From Paragordius varius (Eukaryota; Animalia; Nematomorpha): a stretch of DNA of 64,000 bases. The notes beneath the pieces are model-generated. The model searched no databases and was not told where the DNA came from. It saw only the letters and a list, made by a program, of their open reading frames with translations. Positions 39,401 through 54,100 of the stretch are shown here, one piece after another (position 1 is the first letter of the stretch; each line of letters begins with the position of its first letter). The stretch spans positions 13,640,001-13,704,000 of the forward strand of contig OZ176051.1 in the NCBI GenBank assembly GCA_964247055.1, given 5' to 3'. Made by a program: the position numbers and the translations under genes.

Positions 39401-39840
39401 AACCGGCAAACACACCACATGTCAAATTTGGCTCAATTTGTTTGCAACAAGTTATATACTTTAAAATTTAATTTTCATATTAACTCCCTTTGATTTGTAT
39501 TGGCTATAAATGATTTATATTGTGTTTATTTACTAGTTCAACATTTATGTCGGTGCAAGATGAACAATTTCTGTTATTAGAAAGTGCAAAAATAAATCTT
39601 TTACTTGGGATCCGTAGTTTTGGGCTGTTTGAATTTTTAAGAGAATCATTCAAACTTATAAACTCTCAGCTTGGAATACAAATAGTCCCAAAAGATATCT
39701 CTTCCAAACCCAAATACGATATACCACCCAAAATAGTCGATGAAATATACAAGGGCAATTGTTTGGACCTTGAATTTTATGATTTTGCTAAAAAACTTTT
39801 TTGGGATCGTTATAATGCGTTTAATATCCATCTTAAATAA
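30446..39840 (+). CDS. HS6ST: Heparan-sulfate 6-O-sulfotransferase-like type II membrane protein (~470 aa; exons 30446-31311, 39208-39450, 39537-39840)
   Basis: N-terminal hydrophobic anchor; 5'-PSB LHIPKTGGT; C-x-C...C-x-C-P; WLYSRF..W..CGIHA; 3'-PB TLFRDPIQRFYSEY; NRQ; LLESAKINL; NCLDLEFYDFAKKLF. All junctions are GT-AG and phase 2. Extra exons in intron 1 are not excluded. Confidence 0.85.
31825..32600 (+). pseudogene. Inverted, deletion-riddled second copy of the hAT transposase inside the same element
   Basis: Plus-strand segments acaacgctattca.acagct, aaatgcttggatattgta, aaaatgttttatacaaac, gcattatctttacctg and aaatataatttgaca match, in order, the reverse complement of 33930-32705. Confidence 0.8.
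32705..34416 (-). pseudogene. hAT transposase (BED-type Zn finger to C-terminal dimerisation region), frameshifted
   Basis: KCLICEGEF..H..TKHMETQKH zinc finger; SLYSDASNH; AYCADNTNTNFGG; GCAVHI (CxxH); LSLPGTNAATQRVFS dimerisation motif; split over the ORFs at 33557, 33442 and 32705. Confidence 0.9.
35225..35481. mobile_element. MITE family M1
   Basis: ta|cagtaaaaattaaaattatacggacaaaac ... gttttgtccgtataatttcagtttttctg|ta. Confidence 0.85.
35548..36878. mobile_element. MITE family M2 copy whose right TIR is interrupted by an M3 foldback
   Basis: cagtagtgtatg at 35548; right TIR ttttataa...cacgctacta is split by the 35762-36862 element. Confidence 0.55.
35762..36862. mobile_element. Foldback MITE family M3
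   Basis: cactgtgtgcaaa ... tttgcacactgtg; arms homologous to 18060-19228. Confidence 0.8.
37190..38030. mobile_element. Long-TIR MITE family M4 (copies ~20480-20760, ~37190-38030, ~40105-41205, ~43740-44600)
   Basis: Shared left motif cccttac.agtgattta...ttttgtggtaa.tgctccatatc and inverted right motif gatatggagc / atgataatcc.gatac. Confidence 0.55.
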
Positions 39841-40104
39841 TCCTGTTAATAAAAGTACAATACACGCAAACTTCATCATAATAAAATTATAATTTTATTT
39901 AATAAATGTATAGTTAAAAAGACCAAAGATTGTTTTCAGGCTTGTCACAAAAAGAGATCCTACATAATATAGCATAATAATATATGTTTTTAAAATAGGA
40001 ACGGTTTTAATTTTCATCATATAAAGGCAAAGGCGAAATTTTTATTGGTAACGCGTTATCCATTTGCCACGAATTAAGGCTTATTTTATTCAGGGTTAAA
40101 AAAA

Positions 40105-41205
40105 TAACTTGATAAAATGCGTGTATTTGATAGAAAAATGTAACAGGATTATTATAGTGCTTTTAATTTCGGGCGTTACGAGTGATTTAAAATACTCTTT
40201 TGTGGTAAGTGCTCCATATCAGAAAATGGCAAAATTGTACATTTTTTTAGATAAATCTTTTTTGGTGAAAGCTAGAGGCTTCATTCCAAAAAATATCACC
40301 TGAACATATCTAGATCTACGTATAAATATCAACACATATTATTAAAATTTTAATTTTTAGCTGTGGGAGCCGAACGTCCCAAAATTTTAGCTCTTTTAAA
40401 ATGAAAATGCCGCTGTGCGATAAATAATATATGAAATTTATTATCAACTTAAAATATTATAAAAGGCACATTTTTAGCAAAATATTTGAAAAACGCTTTA
40501 AGATATTATAAAAATACTTTTTCTATTCGACGATGCTAAAATCTATCACTTCAGAATATTGATTTAGGTGATTATTCGACTTTAAATTTATATTAAAACG
40601 TTGTGTTTTTTTACGAAAAATTCACCATAGGCAAACAACCATTTGAATTATTTCGAAGCGATAAAAATGTTTGGTATATCGATTTATATAGTGAAAATGT
40701 TTTTATATTATAAAGCTGTTCTTAACCGTTTCAATCATGACTTACATTAGTATGAAGTACGCTTTAACAAAATTTTGCTAAAAATAAGATTTTGAAAAAA
40801 TGGATTTTTTATATAATATTTTTAGTTGACATCAAAATTTAGCATATATATTGAATTTTTGCACAATCCCGACATTTTTATATTTATTTTTAGAGAACTA
40901 GCTCGTTTTAGAAGGGCAAAACATTTTGGGATTTTCGGAGCGCATATATAAAAATTAAATTTTTTGAAAATATTGTGTTGCTTTTTATATTGTTAATGTA
41001 TTTAGTGATATTTTTTTGGATGAAGCATTTAACTTCACCAAAAAAATTTATAAACGGAAAATTTGCCATTTTATGATCTGGAGGACTTACCATAAAAGTG
41101 TAAATAATTTTCTTAGATCACTCAGAAGGATCAAAACCAAAAGCTCCATGATAATCCAGATACATTTTCTTATCAGAATATATATATTTCATCAGGTTTT
41201 TTGAG
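40105..41205. mobile_element. Long-TIR MITE family M4, best preserved copy
   Basis: Inverted arms ttttggtgaaagctagaggcttcattccaaaaaatatcac / gtgatatttttttggatgaagcatttaacttcaccaaaa and ggattattatagtgctttt / aaaagctccatgataatcc. Confidence 0.65.
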
Positions 41206-41514
41206 GTCACATATTTATTTATATGTATATTAAAATTTTTATTTTTTTTTGAAGGGGACATCGACAGGCAATAATTAGATCAAAAGTCGCACTTATGAAA
41301 ATTAAATCAAATAATTTGGTATATTTATATATGATAACTCACAACAATTCTAAAAAAATTAAATCATAAGAAAGGTTAAACAAAATTCCTCCCATATCTA
41401 TCAGATGGAATTAATTATTTATAGAATATTGGAATTAGCGCCAAAAAACTTAAAATCCCTTTCTAATACATAATTGTTAAATAATCTGAGTCGTTAAAAA
41501 TATTTATAAATAAT

Positions 41515-42515
41515 TTCTACGCACATAATACTCTTGCTTCAATCGCTGTATTCTAGACAAACAGCTGTGAGGAAAACCCAATTCGGTCCCATCGACTGAT
41601 TTCCTATCCCCAGAGGTGTGAGACAAGGATGTGTCCTTTCTCCCCTCCTATTTAACTTATACACAGAAACATTAATACGCAATTGTAACTTTCCCCAACA
41701 TATTGGGGCACGGATCGGTGGTCTTACTATTTGCAATCTCCGGTACGCCGACGACACCATTCTCTTGTCAGAATCCCACACGGACATGACCTATCTTTTA
41801 AATAATCTCACCATCGAAGCAAGTTTGATGGGTCTTAAGCTGAACCCAGCTAAATCTAAAATAATGATCCTAAACACTCCACAACGACCATTTACAATCA
41901 ATAACTCCTCCATCGAACTAACCGATCACTGTAAATATTTAGGCTCCATAACATCCGACGATAGCTCGGATCCCGACATCCGAGCACGGCTAGCATTAGG
42001 ACGTGCTACTATGGGTAAACTGTCCAAAATTTGGAACTCGTCGGTCATAAGACTTCCAACCAAACTCATCCTGAAGGCGTTGATATACCCCGTGGCAATT
42101 TATGGGTCCGAATCATGGATGTGCAAATCCATTGACAAAACCCGCATAAACTCTTTTCAAATATGGTGCTTTCGGAAAATATTGAGAATCTCCTGGAAAG
42201 CCCACATCTCCAATTCTTATATCCTCAACCTCATCAAACCCGAATTTTTACTTCATGATTTAATAATCTTCAAACAGCTATAATATCTGGGTCATATCCT
42301 GCGATCCGACTCGTTAAAAAAAAGCATACTTTTTGGGTTTGTAGATGGCACCCGCAGAAGGGGCCGACTCAAAGAGCGGTGGATCGACATGCTTAAATCA
42401 CTAACAAACCGAACTTTTCCTCAATTGTTGAGAGAATCACAAAATCGTCAAAAATGAAGAACACTAATTTATGAGAAAGCCAAGAGTCACTACATGACTA
42501 GCTTATAACAACAAC
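41515..42515 (+). mobile_element. 5'-truncated RTE-clade LINE (RT domains 4-7 and C-terminus)
   Basis: VRQGCVLSPLLFNLY, NLRYADDT, KYLGS, IYGSESW; (CAA)n tail; perfect 10-bp TSD TATAAATAAT (41505-41514, 42516-42525). Confidence 0.93.
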
Positions 42516-43215
42516 TATAAATAATACATCATTTTGATATAAATAATGCTTTTTTTATAAGAGACTAAACCACCCCTCCAAAAAATTTTACGGCAGGCTA
42601 GAAATTTGAAAAAAACAAATAACACAACATTTTATCATAAAATAAAAAATATAAAATTTATATTTATTCTTTAATATAATTATTTAAATGATAATTTCTT
42701 TATGATCAATTATTCCATTTAATACCACCAATATTTCGCTAGGCATTAAATAGTTTTATAAACCACTCCTTAAATATCATCCATTCAATTTTTCAAATAC
42801 TAAAACCGTTAAGATACATACAGATTAACATTTTTAAAAAAATTAAATTAACTTATTAAAAATAATATTTTTTCGATAAAGACTTTACTATAAAAGTCGA
42901 AAATTAAAATATATATTTTTTATATTTGTACGCATTTCAGCTTAATTTTTTTAATAAATTTCATAAATACAATGCGTAATTCTCTCACTTTTAAAATTAA
43001 ATTAACATCTTGATTATTAAATTACTAACTTAATATATCTCTACAAATTTTGCCAACGGATCAAACAAAAATTAAAATAATTAAAATATATATATTATGG
43101 TCGTAGATTTTTCGGTGTTTATTACTTATATTAAAATGCGGCCAATCATGTTATTGATTTAAAAATAAGCTCGTAAGCCATTTTTGTTAAAGTCTCCTGG
43201 TCTAAATTAACAATA

Positions 43216-43493
43216 CAGTAAAAACTGAAATTATACGGACAAAATGTAAAAATAAGACAAATATTTTTTTGTAAAAGACAACCTTAATTTTAAAATCTTG
43301 AATTATTTAAAAACATTATTTTAAATGGCAGTGTTAAATAAAGATATATATTACTAACACAATCAATTCTATATTTTACAATTATAACTAAATAGCTTCT
43401 ATGAGAAAATTAAAGATTTTAATAAGTATAGCTGTGATTATAAATTTGTCTTTATATTTTTACGTTTTGTCCGTATAATTTCAATTTTTACTG
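43216..43493. mobile_element. MITE family M1
   Basis: ta|cagtaaaaactgaaattatacggacaaaa ... ttttgtccgtataatttcaatttttactg|ta. Confidence 0.85.
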
Positions 43494-45127
43494 TAAAAAA
43501 TAGATTGGCCCCTATCTTACGTTCTTTATTTATTCTTAACTTATTGTGTACCAGCTTATTGCGCAATAATTTAAATTTTATTGTATTTTATTATCATATA
43601 TAAAATACAAAGTTGGGGTGCTTGATTTATAATATTTTGTTAAAAAATATTGTTTAAAAAGACAAATATTTAGATCAAGTTTTTGGGTTATTGCCATTTT
43701 AGACAACGCACCATATTTAACCGAAAACTAGTAGTTCACAAAAAATATCCTATCATAATATTATGATAGAAATATGTATCAAGATTATCTTGGTGCTTAT
43801 GGTTTTGGCCCTTACGAATGATTTAAAAGAGTATTACTTTTTGTGTTATATGTTCCAAATATATGGCAAAAATTTTAATCCAAAAAATATAAATATCCTA
43901 ACCTACATATAAAGACAAAAACAATAATTTAATAAAATATTTAGTTATAAGCTCCGAAACTCCCAATTTTTTTTGCCCTAAAATTAGCTAGTTTTCTTAC
44001 AAAATCACAAAAATGCCGACTCGCGATAAGATTTAAATATATTTTAATTTTAACATTCAGAAAATTGTTTTTCCGAAAAATGGATTTTTTTAGAGATGAA
44101 ATTCACACAAATTTTTTTGTCTAAGTTAACTGTGTTTTGAGGCATGGTAAAACAGTTTAATAACGCTTAACCTAACATAATAACACTTTTTCAAGATGAT
44201 TCATTGAGACCAAACATTTTATCACCTATTAAATCGTGTGTTTTCAAATTCATGCTAAAAATAAATTTTTGTAAAAACTCACCCAAAATCAAAAGCAAAC
44301 CCCTTAAATTTATACTCTGAGAAAATAGTAATATCTAGGCATTTTTATACTGTTTCCGTCATCCCTCAATATAACATGAAACCGCTCAAATAAAATTTTA
44401 CTATAAATTGATTTTATTTAATCCATTTTTTGGAAAAAACTTGATGTCAAAAGTTAGCTAATATTTTAAGTTTTTACGGCTTATTTAAGAGAATTCGCCC
44501 ATTTGAGAAAGGTAAAAATATTTGGTACTTTCGGACTACATCTAAAATTTTGGATTTATATTTTTAATTTACGGATAACCTATTATTTTGATTTATTGTT
44601 AATTAACTGTTAAAATAATATAAAATAAATTTTTGAAACTCTAAAAATAAATTCCATAAATAAAACATAAATTTATATAGTTTATATTATAATTGGGATC
44701 GTCCGATTAACAAACCGAGTTTAAAAATTCTTCCTAAATTTTGATGCCGAAAACAGCTCGAAAAAAAAGTAATGTTTAGTTTTCACACTAAAACTAATAG
44801 AATTTCTAAATAGCAAAATATTTTACTTTAAATGCATTCTGGGAAAAATTACCTCAGTATTTTGTATCAAAGGCTGTACATATATATTTAGATAAAGCAT
44901 TTATTATGATTTTAGCAGACACCGATAATGATTATAAATGTGGTCTTCTTGTATACAAAAAGATGTATAAAAAATTTGGTCGCTATATATAATACATAAA
45001 TTATAATAATAAGGCACAGGAAGTTAAAAATTGTCATTATTTGGTATATGCAGAAAATGTTCAAATTGATCTGTTTTCCATAATTTTTTCCCGAATAATA
45101 GAAAGAGATCATGATAAATTTATCATT

Positions 45128-48100
45128 TCATAATTTCAATTCTTTAATTGCTTGAAGAATGCGCTTAACATGGCCAATTTTCGTGATCCCTAAATCCTAT
45201 ATATATTATATTTTTAATTTGTTAAACAATCATGAAAATATATAGAATACAAGATATAATATAAACAATACCGATAATAAAAGTTGTTTAAAAAACTAAT
45301 ATGATTTCACTAGATTTTGCAAAATATTTTCTCATGGAAGTTATATTAGCGGTACATATTACAGCTCACAGCAAGGAAAGAAACGTTTGTACGTTATATT
45401 TAATATTTTAAGATTCGAGAGTACCACTAAATTAATTGGTGCAATTTTTTGGAATATACAAATACAATTTTTAGCTACCTTTGTATTTATATAAATTTGG
45501 CTAATTAATTATATAATTTAGGATTTGATTAACCATTGTTAATATTTGGGTATATGAAAATCATTTAATGAAAACAGGAACCGAAATGGAACCGGTTTCA
45601 GAAGCATTGTATAAAACCAAACCGGTTCCACATTTTTTCAAACCGGTTCGAAGCCCTGGACAAAACTAATATTTGTGGAGAAATTTTAGTTTAATAATTT
45701 TTAAAAAATTCGACTTAATTCTAACAAACAGCATCCATTTAGGCATACACCTTAAATGCTCATAATCCTCTCGTTGTTTGGTGCTTCAATCTTGAACTTC
45801 TTTTTTTTTTCAAAAAACCGAAAACTAACCCTCAGATCTTTCCTTTCAAGTAACAATAGTTCAGGACCGCGGATATCATGAGCCAAAATTATATCGGAAT
45901 AATGAGATGGTAAACCCAATTCTTTCGTTAGCCATAAACCAACATCTTTGCAAAGCCATTGCTTGGGATTTTTCCCTATTTAGCAAAGAAAAATTAGCAT
46001 AATGACAAAGCATAAAAAAATGATTTTAAAACTATATTTTATAATCTTATTTTGAAATACACATCGTCTTGGCATACGAAATGCGGAATGAAATATAAAA
46101 TGGTAACACGTTTATTATTTCATATTTTACAAATATAATACAGTCAATCCCTTTTCGTGCGGTTTTTGTTATATCCTATTTATTTTTTGATAATTAAAAA
46201 GCAACCATTAAATTGTCATACAAATTGTTTAATGATATTATCAGAGGAACACATAATCGTTTGATTAAAACTAATCAATTTATAACAAAAATAAAATATC
46301 ACATAACAAATTTTCGCATTTCACCTTAATAACATATATTTTATAAGGTTTCGTATATCATTGACATAAAAAGAGGTTTGGCTGTATAGGTATTAGGAAA
46401 AAGTATCAAGTGCCAAAAATATGTTTTTTCTCTTAAAATAAAGAATTTTATACTTTTTCTATCATTTTTGACATGCCATTTACAATTAAAATTCACCCTT
46501 TAAAAATTCGAACTCCTTTAGAACAATTCAAATCCACCCTCGAATAATTTAAATTTACCCTGAGAAACAATTATGTGTTTTCGAACTAATATAACTCATT
46601 TATTAAGTATATATTTATGGTATAATATATTATTTTTTTAGTATTATTTTAATTTTAAACAAAATTTTATTTTTTAAAAATATATAATAATATAGGTAAT
46701 TTTAAAACATAAAAAATACATAATTTATTTGAGGGTAAATTTGAATTATTCGAGGGTAAATTTTAAATGTTTAAAGGTGAATTTGAATATTTCAAGGATG
46801 AATTTGAATTGTTATTGGATTTATTAAACATCAATTTTGGTTTAATAATATTACTTATTTAATTTTATTCAGACTCAATAAAATAGGAGTTTATATAAAA
46901 TAAGTTGAAAGTATATGCAATTTATAGAAGCCAATTATATAATTATGTGTCTAATTTTCATACATAGCCACCAAGAAATCAGCGATGTTAAAATATTACA
47001 AATATGACATCCTTTACTAGTTAAGTTTGGGCTCAGAAAATATTTATATAATTATGTTGTTTAAAACCAAACACCCAATAGATTCGAATCACTTAATTTT
47101 TTTGGTATAATCTATCTAGGTGAAAATTGAATATTTACTTTGGTAACATTTACATTATCAATATTTATTTTATCAGATAAAATCGAATTCCGTTATCCCT
47201 TGGATTTTTTCAAAAATAATCGTTAATTTTTTAATTATGAAAAGAGGCCAATGATAAATCATATATGTACTCAAAATCTATTAATTTGAAAAATTAAAGT
47301 TGATACTTAAATATTCGTTATGCACCATCTCAGATTTTGTATTGGGTTCAATCGTTGCTGCCGAAACGTCTCTTTTACGCTCCTCGTCCTGTATTATTGG
47401 AGGGTGGAACTAATATTTATTTTTATAATTCCAAAATTTATAAACACATGTAAAATATACGTTCATTTTAACAACTATATATAGTTAGATCTCATTCACT
47501 ATAAAGTGTACAATGATTTGATTTTCGTTCCATTGCAGACAATTTAATCATAATTACAAAAGGAAAAACGAAATAGAGGTGGAAATCCATATTTTATTAT
47601 TGATTTTTTCAGTGTAAATTCAATACAATTAATTAAATCAAATTGAAGTTAGCATCCCACCCTTTTATAATTTTAAAGCCAAAACGTTCGAAAATTAAGG
47701 TTTAAGAATATGGCTTTTTACGATATGTTTACATAATTTCAAATTTTATTGCATAATCAGATGAATATTTGCTTTTTACACAAATATAATAGTGATAATG
47801 CTTTCTTTATCTTCAATTACAGTCAAAATCATAATCATATATGTAAAAATAAGTTAAAATAAAATAAAAATGAAAAAATTTGCTATTGAAACCACATTGA
47901 GGAATCAAAAGGATTGGTTCAAGTTCCATAAAAACGTTCTCTGTTATTTATAAGAAATATACAGTTTGTCACTGCAGTTTATCTTAAAGTTATGTAATAA
48001 ATTACGTACATTCGATAAACTTTCATCGTAATTGAGAAAAAAATCACTTTACAAGACCGTAACTTTTATTCATGTTAAAATTTTTTTAAAAATAAATCTA

Positions 48101-51100
48101 GTAAGGGTTATAAATTTAAAAAAGGAGTAATTTAATTTAAAAATGAAGCTTATTATTAAATTTGATAGATAAATTAAATTTAGATGAATTATCAGTCAAA
48201 ATATATTGGCTTTTCAATGAATAAGAGAACCTAAATTTTGGCAGATATAAATAGCGAATTTAACATAATCTTGGATTATTTGAATAATCACAAAAATCGG
48301 TGTTGGTTAATAGACAGACTTTTGTAATTTTACTATAATACTATATTATATATGTAAAATCACTTTTTTAAATAGTGTTATTTAAAAAAGAAATCAAAAT
48401 ATATATTTTAGTTAAGTCAACTTAAAAGTTATAAATCGATTTTATATTTTGATAATAAAAAAGTGATAAATGTCATAATTAGATATTTGTGACAACTTAA
48501 TTAAAGCTTTTTATCTTTTCAATAGATGATTTTATCGTTTATATATTTTTTATTTTGGACATAGAGCAATTCTAAAACCTTTTTCAATTGATGTGGACCC
48601 AAATTTTTTTATATAGGATAAAGGTTATAACCGGTATAGTTACCTTTAATGAATGGTGTAAGCATAAGCCTAATTCCTGCAATTTACGGACATTTTCTTG
48701 GATAATTTTTTGTGATGAAACCAATTTGCCAAATAATGCCGGATGGTTTTTCTAATGTAGAAATTGCCATTAAAATACCCTTCATGATAAATAGAATAAT
48801 TATGAATGTATTGAGCGTTTAAAAACCTTAAAATTATCATGCGTTTTCAAGAAATTGATTGACGCTTTATTTAGTTTTTTGACCGCCTTGATCCATTCTG
48901 AGACATGATTCCGTAAATTGGGCTATCATATTCGTATATATAAATATGGAAAAATTATGTATTATTCTACGTTTTATAGAAAAATAGGTAATTTTCACGA
49001 CTCAACCATGTTTTTGGATGTTATTTTGAAACACAAACCATGGGATATGGGTGTTGAAAAATGTTACAACCCCTATATTAAACCCTATTTAACGGTTATA
49101 ACAAGGATAAAGTATGTTTTTTTCATTAATATAAAATATATCTTAAGGTGGCATATTATAAATTAATATATACATTAATTTACACATTATTACTTATAAT
49201 AAATCAATATTTTTTGTGAATTTAAAATATTTTAAACTGGAATAGGAATAAAATATTTTTTATTCATCCCAAATATAAAAACATTTAAACAAAAACTGAA
49301 CAATTTGTGGGAAGGAGCATACAACTATCGATCGATTATATCTTAAAAACGGTTTTTAGAATTTGTAATATGAGTTCTTTTTTTTGACTATCTAGAATAT
49401 TTCAAATAAACCCAAATCAATTTTTAAAAATTTTTTTTTTCTATTTATATTACATTTAAAAAGGTTTTGAACAAAATCAACATATGTAATTTACCAATTG
49501 GGAATTGAGTTTTCCATTAGGGCAACATACGATACTAAAGTGTAGGGTTGCTTCATTCAGCAATAATTGGATATTGCTTTTATACACAATATCCAAGAAA
49601 ACTGCTTGCTTTATTCTAAAATGTAAAAAATAATTTATTTAATAAAATCTTTTAATCGGTAACTTAATAGATTAAACCCTTTAAGATAGAATTGTCTGTC
49701 CAATAAGCTTTTTTCGCGCAAAATGGTGTAAAAAAATGTTAAAAAAAATAAAAAATTGATTTCAATCAAAAATTACGATTATATAGAAGATATATCATAT
49801 ATGAAATTGGGATCAAGATAAATAAAAAAACAATATCAAAGCCGCAAAGAATTGAGTTAGACACCACGCTTTATTTATGATGAGTGGCAAATAATTGACA
49901 AGGATTATTATAAAAGAATTCCCAAACCGCAGTATATAAACAAAAATGTTTTATGTTTGAATTAAATTTTTGAAAATATCATTAGTCATCATATCAAGGC
50001 AAAAACGTTTTGTTCATATATTTTTTAACATAGACAATAAAAAATCAGCTTTTTTGTCCTTTAAAACGACTAATATATGCAAACATGGGCCAAATTATGG
50101 ATTTTACAAATAGCATAGCCAAACATAAAAAACTCCACAATGTTATAACCATTCATCATCTTTCATCGAAAACATATAATCGATTCCGACCTTTTTAAAA
50201 ATAAAATAGAGAAACTTTAAGTAAATGCTTAAATATATAATTTATATCGATATACGTATCAATCAGTAATTGAGTTGAAGTGCGAAAGGTTTCGAGCGCA
50301 TTTAATTCCTCCTCGATTATGTTAACTGAAGGATTCGAAAACCGTTTGGAAAGAAACGGTGAAACACCAATGCTGTGGCGATGCCTTAAATCTCTGGTTG
50401 GAGGTCCAAAACTAAAGTTATTATGCAAAAAAATATATGTGATTTGCATGTTTGTCGTTTTTTAATATAAAAATATTTTGAATTCAGCCCTAAAACAAAA
50501 CCATTTTACATATATGGCTAAGAACCTTATCGTCTTTGAAGCCTAATAAAGTATAAATATGGTACTATTTTTGAAATATTTTGTTTTATTTTTTAATAGG
50601 GGAAAAAAGCTCCCTGTTAGGAATCAATCGCAATATTTCTAAAACAAAAAATATTTTTAGGTTTATGTTGATAATTAGACAAAAGGTCTTCTATATGATT
50701 GGATCTAATGTTAAACAATCAAGGGACCCCACCCCGCCCACATCATAGTCTATCATATGGCATAATACCTGTATCATATCCCTTTTATAAAAATTAAAAA
50801 ATAACCAGTTTTTTGAAAAACTTTTTTTATTATTCTTTATAAAAATGTTTTTTATTTAATTTTACTCTATATAGAGAGGCCTTAAAATACCTCCAAAAGA
50901 CCTAATCTACTAAAGATTTTTAAAAAATATTCAAATCATAACATGATTTCCCTATTTAATATACGTTGGTGGGGGGTCCAATGTCATATATAAAAGTTAA
51001 AAATAATGCGTATTTCAATAATTATATATATATAAAGAGTGAAATACTGAAATTTAGAAGAACGTAAATTAGAGGCCGATTGGGGTGTGTACGATGTATT

Positions 51101-54100
51101 AATCTCGTCTTCAGGATTATTATTAATTAAGGCTATATGGCTGTTCCATAATTTAAGTATACTTTCGAATTCCTAAGAGTTGTAAATATATAAACATATC
51201 GCTATGAGCATAAAAGAGGGTTAATTTTTTAGCAAAAAATTTTTTTTCATGATCAGCGAATTTATGACCGCATTATTTGTTACGACCTTGTTTTTAAATA
51301 TTGAGAGAGAATCAAAATTGGGCAAAATGTGAAAATTAAGGATAATTAAAAAAATAATGTGGGCAAAAGGTAAAAATTAAGGATAAAAAAATAATGATAA
51401 AACTTGAGATATTATGGTTATTACACAGATATTTACAATTTATAACTATAAAACATATTTAGGGTTTTTATTAAAGATCAAAAAATTGCGTTTTTCTTTT
51501 AACATACTTAGAACACATTATCAAACTATATTAAAATTTTAAATTATTTACTAGAACTCACTATTAAAATCTTTATTTTATTCAGTAAAAAAAGCTTCTA
51601 TATTAAAAACTAAAAAATATTGTTTTTTCACTTTTTTGTAATCTGGTTTTTGATATAAATAATGTCTTATTTAAATTTCACATGATCGAGAATTATAAAA
51701 TATATTAATACAAAATAAAATTTACAAGTAATGGAAAATCAACAAATCCGTACATGTCCCAGAAAAAATATTAATTTGTGTTAATAAAAACTTGTTACAG
51801 GGATTTGTAATCATTGTTGGTTGATATTCCACTACTTTTAAATCCTATTTTGCATATATTAAATACTTAATTCCCACTCATGTAAGATCCCAAAATAAAA
51901 CAGAAATTTTCAACACATAAACCTGATGACAAAATAATCATAAAATAAATACAATAATTTTAAAGTTTTATTCTGATATGTAAGTTTCTTTACCGAATAT
52001 ATTTAAGATTTTAATAGTGAGTTTAGCTAGTAAATTAAAAACATTTTAATATGTTCCATAAAAAATTTTTTTGTCTTTAAATATCTAAAAAGAATAAGGC
52101 GATTTTTTTATCTGAGTTTGTAACCCTAACTATATGATTTAAATTATAAATTGTATCTATCTGCTAAAATAATATAAACCATAATATCTCATGTTTAATC
52201 ATTATTTTTATCTTTAATTAACTTTGCTCAATTTTGATTTTCTCTAAATATTTCAAAAACAAGATTTAACAAATTAAATTGGCAAATTCGCTGGTCATAA
52301 GCTATCTCATAAAAAAATTTAAAATTTTTTTTTTGCACACATCGCATTATTATAAGTTTGATGTGAAATAAATAATTTTTCAATACATTAAAAAGTTATC
52401 ATTGTTTATATCGGTTATTTAAATTGTTTATGGGAAAAAAATTAAACGTGTGTCTTTAGTTAAGAATTATTTTCTTTACTAATTTTTGCTCCCTAGCAAA
52501 ATGATCCATATAACCAATATCAGTTTAGTCTTATAAGTATAACACCAATTGTATTTTATAAGATTTAATTAATATATAACAATTAACATTTTTGAACCAA
52601 CTTCAGTCTCCTTAACAGGATAATAAAGGTATTTTCTGAATATATCCATACAATATATAATTAACAAAATATACATTTTTTATTTTTCAAGAGTGGTAAT
52701 TAAATATAAGTTTTTAGTTTTCCAAATATCACAATTTTTCTCCATTTAATATATATAATATATATATATATATATATTTATTTATTTTGTATTTATAAAC
52801 AATTCCTAAGACATTTGACTGGTTAAAATCGACCTAACCCTAGTTGCGACTATGTAATAAAATTAGTCCAACAAAATCATACTTATTCAAAGTAAATTAT
52901 ATAGTCAAAATGTTATAATTCTAGAGACACAACACAAAACCAAATGATGCATTATAAGACTTTTCAAATTTTGATTTATCTACAATATAAGCAATATATG
53001 ATATATAATGTAAAATATACAATTGTGAAAAATACGGGAACCTTGCGATTAAAAAATATTTTTTCTTTTTTATTCTTAGCTGTATACCTTATCACGGACC
53101 AGCATTTGAGCTCGGTTCTTATGGACAATCTGAATGCAACCCGGGGGCTGGATCCAAGCCTCCCCATCGACTTGAATAGGTACACCACCCTTACAACACG
53201 TTATTGGGTCATGGTGCAAAATCTTTGACGACTTATTTTGTGCATCTTGTGCTTTTATCTTTTTCTGTTCGGATAACATTTCATTATGCATTATATTATA
53301 GTTATGGGATGATTCTTGGACGCCCCCACTGTTACAACCACAACTAATCGTAATTTTAAGGTGACGACATTGTGCTATTCTAAGAACATATATTAGGGGA
53401 AATGTGAAACGGGTTGGATAAGGTATAATTAAAATAAAGTTTGATTAAATAAGTCAACGCTTTTTAACAAGAAGTAGTTTTCGTAAGGTCAGATTCTCCT
53501 TAATATAGGCAATAATTTGCGGGATGTTATATAGCAGGTTGATAATTCCATCAGTAACCCATATTTATTAATTAAATAGATATATATAAAGCTTGAAGCA
53601 TTGTGAATGTTGAGCAGGGAGACTTATGCAAAGCAGAGCTTCTTATATAGCTCCCATAATTTTTATTTAATTTTTGAATTATTGATTTGAAAATTTTAAG
53701 CCACAAAAATAGTGGCTCAAAGATGTCCTATTTAAGCCATTAAATTTAGTTGTTTTGACCATGTGAGTCGGTTCCTTCACCAAAGAGTTTAACTTTCTTT
53801 ATACATGGCCCTAGGAATTTTTTTACCTATTTACGCCTTATATCTCTTAAAAATCACTGAAATATAATTTAAGCTGAACATTAGTTAAATACCTGTGATG
53901 TTGTAGATTAAAAACTTTGCTGACAGCCAATTGATGACTGCCAAACACGGCAACAACTTCGAGGATTTTATCATCGAACGAAGGTGAGAGAAAAATATCA
54001 TCTTCCTTTTTACCGCCCCAAAAATTGGTCCCTCCGGCATAACTATAAGGAAATTGAAAATTGTTTAAATAAGGAGTATTTTTATACTTGGTGCATCCCC

